Origin: Scenedesmus sp. PABB004
Taxonomy: Eukaryota
Assembly: GCA_014905635.1 (NCBI GenBank)
Contig: JABVCE010000022.1
Location: 310,001 to 374,000, forward strand
Reading direction: 5' to 3'
DNA: 64,000 bases
Part shown: piece by piece, positions 24,327 to 35,600 of the stretch
Numbering within the stretch: the first letter of the stretch is position 1
Layout: each line of letters starts with the position of its first letter
Notes under the pieces: generated by a model
Seen by the model: only the letters and a program-made list of their open reading frames with translations
Told to the model about the DNA's origin: nothing
The model's database searches: none
Position numbers and translations under genes: made by a program

Positions 24327-24937
24327 GGAGCTGCTGCTGCTGCTGAGTGTGGCTGCAGGCGCCGGCGGAGCGCAGCGGCGGCGGCGGCGGCGGCGGCAGC
24401 AGAGGCGGCGGCGGCGGCAGAGGCGGCGGCGGCAGAGGCGGCGGGGCGTTCGGCACGAGAGTAGGATTGGGCGGAGCACTGGCAGCAGCTGTGCCGGCAC
24501 TGCTGCGAGCGTGCGGGGAAAAAACTGGCTCTCTGTGTTAAAGCCGCTTCTGCTGCTCGCACGAGTCCTGACCGCGCAGTAGATGGAGCCCAGCACGGCT
24601 GCCAGCGGCACCGCCTGCGTGTGCGCCGTTGGCCATCACCACCGCTGGCCACATCTCTGTCTGCTCCACGCCCCGCCTGAGCGCTCCGCACTCGCTCAGC
24701 CCGGCAGCCGGTCCAGGCCAGGCCCAGATCCCTGCTCCCCCGCGCCAGGCACGCGCAGACCGCGGCGGCGGCACCGGCGGGGCAGCGGTTGGAGCTGCTG
24801 CTGCGGCCGCGGCGGCGAGGTCGCCGGACTTCCTCCACTCCTGCGCAGGCGGCAAGCAGCTGGACAGCCGGGCCGCTGGGCAGGGGCGGCGTCGCCGCCA
24901 CTGACCACGCCGGCGGCGGCGGCGGCGCGGCGCGGCG

Positions 24938-27900
24938 ATGGCGCACGGCGTCGTGCCCGCCGGCAGCGCGCTGCGCGGCGCCAACGGCTACCTTGGCGGC
25001 CTGCTCGGCGGCGGGCGCCGCGGCGACGACGAGCCGGCCGGCGCGGCCGCAGAGGAGCGGCAGTCGCTGCTCGCGGCCGGCGGCGCGGCGGCGTTTGAGC
25101 TCGGCCCCCGCGCCCCCGACGCCGCCGGCGGCGCCTGCCCGGGCCGCGCGCCGCCGCCGCCGCCGCGCCTGCCCGTGAGCAGCAGCCCCGGCGGCGGCGG
25201 CCCGCGGCCGAGCGGCGCCGGCGCGCGCGGCCGCGCGCCGCCGCCCGCGCCGCCGCTGCGCACCGCGGGCGCCGGCGGCGCGCCGGGGCGGCCAAACCTT
25301 GAGAGTCTCGACTATGAGCTGGCTGAAAACACAGTGTATCGCACAGACACGGCGGCGCGCACGCACCTCGACCACATCACAAAGTCGGGAGCCAAGTGGA
25401 GCATGTGCTTCGCGCTCGGTGCGTGCGACGCTGCGCGGGCGCGGGCGGGCGGGGCCGCGGTCGCGGCGCCGCCGCCCATGACTAGCGCCGCCGCGGCGCG
25501 CAGGCGTGCTGACCGCGGTCGCCGCGTTTGCCGTGAACCTGGGGGTGGAGAACCTCGCGGGCTTCAAGGTGCGCCGCCGGCCAGGGGCTGGGCCGCGCGC
25601 AGGCCGGGACGCCATGGGCCGGGCCGCAGCGCGCCCGGCCGCGCCGCCCGCAGCCGCCCGCCGGCCGCCGGCCGCCGGCCGCCGCCCACGCCGCCCCCCG
25701 CCCGCGCGCCGCCGCCGCCCGTGCGCCGCCGCCGCCGCCGCGCCCAGTTCTGGGCCACGCTGACGCTTCTCGACCGGGGCCAGGCGCTCGCGAGCTACGC
25801 CGTCTACGCCGGGACCAACGTCGCGCTCGTCACCGCGTCCGTGTGGCTCACGACCGCGCTCGCGCCCGCTGCGGCGGGCAGCGGCATTGCAGAGGTCAAG
25901 GTGCGCCGCGAGGGTTTGGGGCGGTGGGCGTTGGGGCGGCGGGCGTCTGGGCGGCGGGCGTTGGGGCGGCGGGCGTCTGGGCGGCGGGCGCCGGGCGGTG
26001 CCGGCCCTGCTCCCCCGTGCGCGCTGGCCCCCGCGCTGCGGACCCACCGCCGCCCTCCCTCCCCCCCCCCCCCCCCACACACACGTCACGCACACGTCAC
26101 GCGCACTCGCCAGGCGTACCTCAATGGCATTGACGTCCCCGGCATCTTCCTGTGCCGCACGCTCGCGGTCAAGCTGCTCGGCAGCGTCGGCGCGGTCGCG
26201 GGCGGGCTCGCCGTCGGCAAGGAGGGGCCCTTTGTGCACGCCGGCGCCGCGATGGGCGCGCTGCTCAGCCAGGCGCGCGGCGCGCGGGCGGCGGCGCGCG
26301 GGTGGCGGCGCGCGGGTGGCGGCGTGCGGGCGGCGGCGCGCCGGCGGCCCAACGCGCGCCGGCGGCCCACGCGCCGCGCCGCGCCGCAGGGCGGCACCGG
26401 CGACGCGCACCTGCCCTGGTTCAAGCGCTTCTGGAATGACCGCGACCGCGCCGACATGGTCGCCTGCGGCACCGCGGCGGGTGCGGCACCGCGCCGCCGC
26501 AAACGCGCCGCCGCCGCCGCTGGCCCGCCGCCGCCGCGGACGACGCGCCCGGCGGCGCGCGCAGGCGTCGCGGCGGCGTTCCGCGCGCCCGTGGGCGGCG
26601 TGCTGTTTGCGCTGGAGGAGATGACCAGCTGGTGGCGCAACCAGCTGCTCTGGTACGCCTTTTTCACCACCGCCGTCGTCAGCGTCACGGGTGCGCGCCG
26701 CGCCGCGTTGGCGGGCCATGGGGGGAGCCTCCCCTAGCGCTGCGTCACGCCGCCGCCGCCGCCGGCCCACGCGCCGGGCCGCCGCGCGCCGCCGCCGCGC
26801 CGCCGCCGCCGCCGCCGCGCCGCGCCGGCAGTGCGCACGCTGATGCGGCTGTGCAGCGCCGAGAAGACGGGCGCATGCGGGTTCTTTGGCGCGGGCGGGT
26901 ACCTGCTGTATGAGATCACAGAGGGCCAGGCGCGGCGGCGGCGGCGGTGGCGGCGGCGGCAGCGGCGCGGGGCGTGCAGCAATGGGGGAGAGAGGGGGCC
27001 GTGCAGGGCGTGTGGCCGGGGCTGGCGCGGCGGGCGCGGGGCGGACGTGCGCCGCCGCCGACACCGCCGCCGCCGCCGCGCCGCGTGTGGGCGCGCAGTC
27101 CAACTTTGAGGCGCTGGAGCTGCTGCCGATGCTGCTGCTGGGCGTGATCGGCGGCCTGCTGGGCAGCGCGTTCAACCACCTCAACGCCGCGCTCAGGTGC
27201 GGGCGCAGCATGTGCCGCGCGCGCGGCGTGCGGGCCGCGGCGCATGCAGCGCGCTGGCGCCGCGCTGCGCCAGGGGATGCTGTGGGCCACGGGCCGGGCC
27301 TCGGGCCACCGCCGGCTGGGCCCGCCCGGCGGCCGCGGCGGCGGTCGGCCGCCCGCGGCCCCGCAGCCCGCCGGCCCCACGCGGCCCGCCGCGGCCCGCC
27401 GCTGCGCCGCGATGCGCCGCGCAGCGAGGTGCGCAAGGCGCGGCTCGCGCGCCACGGCGCGCGCGGGCGGCTGTGGGAGGGCGCCGCGGCGGCGCTGCTC
27501 GTCTCGACCGTCTCCTTCTTGCTGCCGATGCTCGTGGCCTGCCGGGTGCGCGCCCGCGGCGCGCCGGCCGCCGGCCGCCGTCGCCCGCCCTGCCCTCCCG
27601 CGCGCCGTGACGCCGCCCGCCGCCACCGCTGTGCGCGCACGCGCGCGCGCGCGCGCAGCCGTGCCCGCCGGACGTGGCCGAGGGCTGCCCGCGCAGCGAC
27701 AACAGCCACAGCGGCAACTTTGTCGGCTTTGGCTGCGCCGCGTCGAGCCAGTACAACGACCTGGCGACCATCTTCTTCAACACACAGGCACGCGCAGTGC
27801 GGGGAGGAAGGGGCGGCGCCGCGCGTGGGCGGGGGCGGACAGAGGTGCAGGCGGCGCCCGCCAGGGCGGTCCCGCACGCAGCCGCCCACAGCTCCCGCCG

Positions 27901-30196
27901 CGCCGCGCCGCGCCGCGCCGCGCCTCCTGCCGCGCCCGCCAGGACGACGCGATCCGCAACCTCTTCAGCAGCCGCACCAAGGCCGAGTACGGCGTCGGCG
28001 CGCTCACGACCTTCACGGTCACGTTCTTCGCCCTCGCCGTCGCCTGCTACGGCCTCGCCGTGCCCACGGGGCTCTTCGTGCCGTCCATCCTCTGCGGCGC
28101 CGCGTACGGGCGGCTCGTGGGCGTGTTCGTCGCCGACATGCGCCCCGGCGCGACCGGCGCGATCGACGAGGGCACGTACGCGCTGCTCGGCGCGGCGAGC
28201 TTCCTCGGCGGCGCGATGCGCATGACGGTCGCGACGTGCGTGATGCTGCTGGAGCTGACCAACAACCTGCCGCTGCTGCCGATGATGATGCTCGTCACGC
28301 TCGTGGCCAAGGCGCGCGGCGCGCGCGCGCGCGGGGGCCCGGGGAGGGCTCAAGGGCCAAGGGTTCAAGGGCTGAGGGCGCTCAGGGCTCAGGGCTTAAG
28401 GCTCAGCGAGGTTTCACGGGCTGCGGGGCTTCCCTTGTGGGGCTCGACCAGGGCTCGACGGGGGCTGGCGCCCTCCCTGCGCGCGCGCCCCGCCTGCCCA
28501 CGACCGCCCCGCGCCGCCCCGCCCCGTGCCGCACGCGCCGCGCCGCGCCGCGCCGCGCCGCGCCGCGCGCAGGCTGTCGGCGACGGCACGGGCGTGAAGC
28601 CGCTGTACGAGAGCCTCATCGACCTCAAGGGCCTCCCCTTCCTCGAGCGCAGCCCGCACGGCCTCATGCGTCACATCACCGCCGCCGAGGCGGCCGGCCA
28701 GCCCGCGGTCAGCTTTGCGCGCGTCGAGCGTGTCGGCACGCTGCTCGCCGTGCTGCGCGGCACGCCGCACAACGGCTTTGCCGTGCTCGGGTCGGCGCCC
28801 GACGGCGAGCCGCACATCCTTGGCATCGTGCTGCGCAGCCAGCTCGCGGTGCTGCTGCGCAGCCGGCGCTGCTTCCAGCCGACGCCCTTCGTGTCGGAGG
28901 CGCGCCGCCGCCGCCGCGCCGCGCCGCCGCGCCCGCGTCGCGCCCCGCGCGCTGCGCCCGCGCCGCGCCCCGCGCGTCTCGCCCACCATGTCCCCCGCTG
29001 CACGCCCCCCCCCCCCACACACACACGCACACACACGCGCGCCCAGGTCGCGGGGCGCGTCGCGTTCAGCTACCAGCAGAGCGACTTTGCGCGCCCCATC
29101 AGCGAGCCGCCGCCCGACGCGGCCGGCCTGAGCCTGAGCGAGCAGGAGCAGGGCATGTACATCGACCTCGGGCCCTACGCAAACCCCAGCTACTATGTGG
29201 TCCAGGCGCGCGCGGCAGCAGCGGCGGCGGCGGCGGCGGCGCGCCCGCCCGCGGCAGCGCACCGCCGCGCGCGCCGCGCGCGCTGCTGCGCGGCGGCCGC
29301 GCCGCGCCGCGCCGGGCCGCGCGCGCGCGCGGCGGGCGCGCGCAAGGCGCCGCCCAAGCGCGCGCCGCCCAAGCGCGCGCGCCGCCCAAGCGCGCGCGCC
29401 GCCGCGCGCGCGCGCGCCGCCCGCGCGCGCGCGCCGCCCGCGCGCGCACGCCGCTCACCCTCTCCCCCCCCCTTCCCCCTCTTGCAGGAGGACACGTCGC
29501 TGGCCAAGGCCTACACGCTCTTCCGCTCCCTCGGGCTGCGCCACCTCGCCGTCATCCCCCGCGCGTCGGCGGTCGTGGGCGTCATCACGCGGCACGACCT
29601 CCAGGCCAGCGCGCTCGAGGCGACCTGCCTGGAGCAGCTGACGCTCGGCGCGGGTGCGCGGCGCGGCGCGGGGCGGGGCGGGGCGGGGCGGGGCACAACG
29701 CGGCGCCCGCCCACCTCGCGCGCGCGCCCGCGCAGGCGTTGCGGGGCTGGCGAGCGCGCTGCGCGGCACGGTGCGCGACGCGGTCGACGCGTACCAGCAC
29801 CAGGCGACCACCAGCAGCAGCGGCGCGCCCAGCCCGCCGCCGCCGGCGGCGACGGCGCTGCCGCCGCCGCTCGCGTCGCTGGCGCCGGGCCGCGACCGGG
29901 GCGGCGGCGGCGGAGCCGGCGGCGCCGGCGCGCAACGGCCGGGCGGCAAGGCGCCCGCGCGGCTGGGCAGCGGGGAGGCGCGCGGCACGCCCATGGCGGC
30001 CGCGGCCTCGGCGCTGGAGATCGCGGCTGACGGGAGCAGCTGCGGCAGCGGCAGCGGCGCGCTCGCGTGGGGCGCGCCGCCGCGCGGCGGCAGCGGCCGC
30101 CCCGGCTTGGCCAGCCGGCGCAGCTCGGCCAGCGACGGGTGGGAGGACTTTGACGCGCCGGACGGCGGCGGCGCCGCGCGGCAGGCGGCGCGCTGA
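24938..30196 (+). CDS. CLC family anion/H+ exchanger with two CBS domains (CLC-d-like), 15 exons
   Basis: ESLDYE, GSGIAEVKAYLNG, GKEGPFVH, AFRAPVGGVLFALEE, YNDLATIFFNTQDDAIRNLFS, PTGLFVP, RMTV, HNGF and LGLRHL motifs all assemble in frame using 8 GT and 6 GC donors. Confidence 0.96.
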
Positions 30197-30252
30197 CGCG
30201 GCGGGCCAGGTCAACGCGCGCAGCGCGCGGTCAAGGCGCTCGCGGCGCTGCG

Positions 30253-30257
30253 TGTAA
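30253..30257 (+). terminator. TGTAA chlorophyte polyadenylation signal of the CLC gene
   Basis: TGTAA lies 57 nt after the stop codon; UGUAA is the established major poly(A) signal in chlorophytes. Confidence 0.6.
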
Positions 30258-30421
30258 CCGCTCGGCGCAGCCAGGACCCGGCGCGGGCGCACTGCTGCGA
30301 GCAGCACGACCCCTGAAAAATGCCGCGGCCGAGCCGAGCCTGAAGCGCGCTGCCTCTTGCCGCGCTGCTCTGCGCGGGTGGCGACGCGCCCAGAAGCGGC
30401 CTCCCCCTCGCCACACGCGCC

Positions 30422-32602
30422 ATGGAGGGCTCGCCGCCGGACCCGGACGGCTCGTGCGCGGAGCTGGGCGGCGCCGCTGCGCCGCCGCCGCCGCGGCGCG
30501 GCCCCGGCGGCAAGTCCAGCCACGTCGCGTCCATGCGGTCGCTCGGGCTCCTCCACGACCTGCAGGCGCGCGCCGACCCTGCGCCGCCGACCTGCAGGCG
30601 GCGGCCGCCCGCTGCTCCGCCGCCGCGCCGCTCACGCGCCGCGCCGCATGCGCGCCGGGCCGGACCCGCGCAGGAATACGTCACGAGCTTGCAGGCCACC
30701 GCCGATGAGCAGGCCAGCGAGCTGGCGCGGCTGCGGGGAGAGAAGCGAGAGGCAGAGAGGGCGCGAGCAGCGCAGCGCGGCGCGCGCTGCGGCTCCCGCG
30801 CGCGGCGGCTCTCGCGCCGCGCCGCGCGCTGGCGCCCCGCGCCGGCTGGCGCCCACGGCGCCCGGCTGCGCCGGCGCAGGTGCTGGCCAGGGAGCGGGGC
30901 GCGGCGCCGGTGGTGCAGCACTTTGCCGCGTCCGAGGTGGCCGAGCTGCCGCCGCGGCTGCGCGCGCTGTTTGAGGATAACAAGGTGCTCAAGGAGCAGG
31001 CGCGGCGGTACAAGGCGCGGGCCGCCGACGCGGAGCGCGGCGCCGCCGCGGCGGAGCAGCAGTGCCTCGCGCTGCAGGCGGCGGTGCGGGCGCTCAAGCT
31101 GCAGCTGGCGGAGGGCGCGAGCAGTGCCGAGGCGCTGGCGGCGGAGGCGGGGCTGCGGGCGCAGGCCGACGCGGCCACGCGCGCGCTGGAGGTGCGGCGC
31201 CGCTGGAGGGCGCGGCAGTTGCCAGCTGCCACCGCCAGCCCGACCAGGCGCAGCCGGGTGCGGGCGAGCTGCCCCAGCCGCCGCCGCCGCCGCCGCCGCA
31301 GAAGCTGCAGCACGCGCACGCGGTGCTCGGCGCAAAGCTGGAGACCGACGCGCGGAGCCACCGCCAGGCGCTGGCGGCGGGCGCGCGCGAGCGCGGCGCG
31401 CTGGAGCAGCAGGCGGCGGAGCTGGCCGTGCAGGTGGAGGCCAAGGACCGCGAGGCGCGCGCCGCCGTGCTGGCCGCGCGGCACGCGCAGCGCGCGCTGG
31501 CGGAGGCCCGCGGCGCCGCCGCGCGCGCGGCCGCCGGCGCGGACGCGCGCGTGGCTGCCGCGGTGGCCGAGGAGACCGCGCAGCACAGAGCGGTCGCCGA
31601 CGCGCGCGTGCACCTCATGCTCTGCGTTCTCACCGACCACGGCCCGGCGCCGGGGCGAGGCGGCGGCCGCGACGCCGGCGGCGAGTACGCGCCGCCGCGG
31701 CAGCAGCTGGCAGCCGCGGCGACGTGCGGCGGGGGCGACGACGGGCCGGGCGGCGGCCCCGGCGGCAGCTCGAGCTTGGGCGCCGGCACCGGCGGCGGCG
31801 GCGCGCGCGCTGGGCCGCCCATGAGCCGAGCGGACGCGGCGCTCGTGCTCCAGGCGGGCGCGCGCGGGTTCCTGGCACGGCGCGCGCTGCGGCGGCAGCG
31901 CGCGGCTGAGCAGCAGGCGGCGGTGCTCATCCAGGTGCGCGCGGCGGCGGCGCGCCCACGGCGGGGCGCGCAAGGGCCGGCTGCGGCACCGCCAGCGCGG
32001 CGCCGGGCGGCGGCGACCCGGCTCACGCGCACGCGGCCGGCCCGCCCCGCCCGTCCGCGCAGGCGGGCGCGCGGGGCATGCGCGCGCGGCGGCAGGTGCA
32101 GGCAATGCTCCAGGCTGCGCAGCTGCCCGTGGCGCTGGCGTGCGTGGGCGGCGGCGGCGCGAGCGGGCGCGCTTCGTGCGCGGCCAGCCTGCCCATGGAG
32201 CTGCCGGCGCTCGAGCCCGGAGCGCAGCCGCACGAGGCGGCTGCGCGGCGCGCAGCCAGCTGCAGCGGCGCCGCGGCGGCGTGCGGCCCGGCGCGCGGCG
32301 CGGCGAGCCCCGCCGGCGGCGGCAGCCGGCGGGGGGCGAGCAGCAGCGGCGAGGCGCCTGGGGCGGGGCGGGCGGCGCCGACGGCCAGGGTCCCGCGAGC
32401 GCCGCTGAAGCCGCCCCTGCCACGGCAGGCCGGCTCTGCCTCGCCGCGCGTCGGAGGCAGGCCCGGCGGCGGCAGGGCTGCCAGCGCAGCGGCGGGCGGC
32501 GCTGGCGGCGGCGGGGCGGCCGGCGCCTCCCAGCGCTCGCAGCAGCGGCGGCCAGCGAGACCGGCGCAGCAGGATCTGCCGCCTGGCGCGGGCGTCGCTT
32601 GA
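30422..32602 (+). CDS. Coiled-coil protein with two IQ calmodulin-binding motifs (possible lebercilin-like segment)
   Basis: ELPPRLRALFEDNKVLKEQARRYK coiled coil; AALVLQAGARGFLARR and AAVLIQ|AGARGMRARR fit IQxxxRGxxxR. The 5' exon boundaries are uncertain. Confidence 0.65.
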
Positions 32603-32675
32603 GAGGTGCGGAGGACCCGGCGTGACACCGTGGGCCGGGGCGGCTCGCTTGCAAGCAGGCTCCGCGCGCCCCTGC

Positions 32676-35600
32676 TCACCAGCCTCCCCCGCCCCAGCCG
32701 CCGCACAGCGCGGCCGCGGCGACGCGCGCCTCCGCCGCGGCCGCCGCGGCCTCACCCAGCAGCGCCGCCTGGTCCAGCAGCTCTGCCTGGCACTCGCGAG
32801 CCACGTCGCCCCACACCCCGCCGCCACAGCAAGCCGCGCCCAGTCTCGCCCCGGGCGCGCACGCGTTGGGCGTGGCGGGCGGCAGCACCGCCCAGCCCCC
32901 CGGCTCCCCACGGCACCGGGGCCAGGCGGCGGCAGCAGCACCGCCGCTCGCGGCCCCAGCCGCCGCGCTGCCCGGCCACGGCCAGTCGACGCCGACGGCC
33001 GCCGCCCAGCGGCTGCGTGGGTGCGCGCCGCTCGGCAGGGCCTGCGCTCGCGCATCCCACGCGCTGGCGACGGCGTCCGCCGCCTCAACGGCGTCCTCTG
33101 CTGCCTCGGCCTGCCACTGCTGCTGCTCCTGCCGCCGCCAGCGCTGCCAGCGCCGCCGCTCCGCCGCCAGGGCCGAGTGCAGCGCCTGCTCGCGCCCCCG
33201 CTCCAGGTGCGCCGCACGCTCAAGCTGCTGCAATGCCGCATCAATGCCGCGCAGCTGCTCGTCCAGGCTGCTCGGGCTGGGGCTGCGCGGCCAGCGGCGC
33301 GGCGCACGCCAGGGCGCGGTCGCTGCCGTCGCCGGCAGCGGTGGCGGCGGCTGCAATGCCGGAGGCGACGGCGGCGCCCCGGCGCTGCCCGTGTCGCTGC
33401 TGCTGCTGCTGCTGCTGTAGCCAGAGGTCGTGCTGCAGCTGCCCCGGGGCTGCCGCCTGCGCACCGACCGGCCTGGCACAGCCGGCGGCGCCGCGCAGCC
33501 CCGGCAGCAATGGCACAGGCAGCCGCCGCAGCAGGCACCAGTGGCGGTGCCGCCGGTCTGGCCACCCGCCAGGCTCCAAGTGGCATGCTGAGCGGCCGGC
33601 GGCACCAGCTGCGGTGGCTGCTCCGGCTGGTGGCGCGGCGGCAACGGCTGCGGCAGCTGCTCTGGCTGCTCGTGCGTCTGCCGCCGGGGCTGCTCCGGCA
33701 GCGGCTCCGACTGCTCTGGCGGCTCCGGCGGCGGCAGCGGCCATGGCAGCTGTGCTGTGACTGCTGATGCTGCGCCAAAACCAGCGGCTCCGGGCTGCTG
33801 CGCCTCTGGCTCCAGCGCCGGCTGCTGGCGCTGCGGCGGGAGATGCGCAGGCGCAGCCCCCGCCTCGCTGCCGCCGTCAGCCAGCGCCAGCTCGAGCGTA
33901 ATGCTGCTGCAGCCGCTGGCGACGCCGGGCAGGCTGAGGTAGCTGCTCTCCGCGAAGCTGGCACCCGCCGCGGGCGGGGACGCCGTGCACGGCGAGGCAG
34001 CAGGCTGTTGAGCGCGGGGCGCGGCTGGAGCCGGCGCCGGCGCCGCTGCGCCCTGCCCTGCTGCCGCCCGCGCTGCGGAAGTTGGCTGCCCGCCGAGGCG
34101 CTGCTCCAGCGCCTCGGGGCCTTGCGGGTCGCTGCCGTCTGCGCCAGGCAGGGGCGGCGAGTCCTGCAGGGCGGTCGCCTGCACTGGCGAGTCCGCGGTG
34201 CTGGCGCCGGCGAGCGCGGCGCAGCCGACAGCAGCTGCTGTCGCTGCAGCCAGCTGCGCCAGCGCGCCAGTGCCGCTGTGACCGCGCGGCGCGTGCTGCA
34301 GCTCCTCCGCCGGGGCCGTCGCTGCCAGCGGCTCGCCTGCGCCAGGGCACGGCGCGGGCACCGCCGGGACCGCAGACTCCGGCGCGGAGGGCTGCGCCTG
34401 GACCAGCGCGGGCGCCTGCGCCAGCGCAGCCTGCTCTGCAGCCGGCGGTGTGACGCAGGCTGGCACCGCCGTGCCGCCGCCGCCCGCATCTGGCCCCGCG
34501 ACGCCAGCGTCGGTGGGCTCGCCTGGCGCACACCCCTGCGCTGGCGGGGGAGCCACAGCTGCAGCCTCCACCTGCTTGGCTGACTCGGCCGCTGCCAGCT
34601 CAGGCGCGTCCGGCTGCGGCGCCGGCAGGGGCGCCTGACTGGTGGGGCCCGCCTCGGCGGCCTGCGGCAGCAGCAGCTCGCCAGCCAGCTCCGCGCCGGC
34701 CATCGGCGCCTTGACCGCGGGCTGCGGGGGTCTCGGCTGCTGGACCGGCTCGTCCGCGAGCTGCGCCGGCTGCGGCGGCAGCGTCAACGGTGGCTGCAGC
34801 GTCTGGCGCGGCTCCGCCTCCGCGCCTGGCTGCGGCGCGGCTTGCGTGGCCTGCGCGGCCGCCGCCGGAGCCTCCGCCGCCGGCGGGGCCCGCGCCGCCA
34901 TCCAGGCGAACTCAAGTATGCCGGTCTTGGCGGCAGAGCGCGGCGACAGCGGCAGCCCCACCGCGCCGCCCACGCTGCCGGGGCACTCAAAGTCCAGCTC
35001 CGCGCTGCGCTCGCGCCCAAGCAGCCAGCTGCCGCCATCCTCGCTGCTGCTGCTGTTGCTCGGCTCGCCGCCTGCGTCGGGCGCTCGCTGGCTGGCCGCC
35101 TCGGCAGGGGCCTGCGCCGGCAGCGCTGGCTCCGCGTGCAGCGCTGGCCCTGGCTCCGCGGCCGGGTGCGTCTCGGGCTCGTCGCGCGCGTCGGGCGCCT
35201 CCTCCCACCAGCGATCCTCCTGCGCCGCCCCTGCGTGCCCGGCCGCCGCCCGCGCCGCCACCTCGTTGGCTCGCATCAGCGCCTCAAAGTCGCCCGAGCT
35301 GCTGCTGCTGCTTCCACCGATGCTGCCAGCGATGCTGCCTGCGATGCTGCCTGGCGATGCAGTCAGGGAGGCCTCGGCGGCGGCGACTGGGTGCTGCTGC
35401 AGTTGGGGCCGGCCGGCGGGCGACTCCTCCGCGGTGCTGCCTGCAGTGGCAACCAGGCCGCCAGGCCGCCGCAGCACGATGGCACTGCCGGCAGGCGCCT
35501 CAACGCGCATGCTGGCGGGCTCGCCCTGGAGAGCGGGCGGCTCGCCAACCGGGTTGCCATCAGCGACCGCTGGCACCGCGCCGCGCGACAGCCAGGGACC

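Noticed and set aside
23759..27889. 1376-aa minus-strand ORF, and similar giant Arg/Ala/Pro-rich ORFs (26886-30257, 31094-34531, 46109-49102, 48913-53454)
   Set aside because: These are antisense or off-frame shadows of real genes; stop codons are rare at this GC content and the translations carry no domain motifs.
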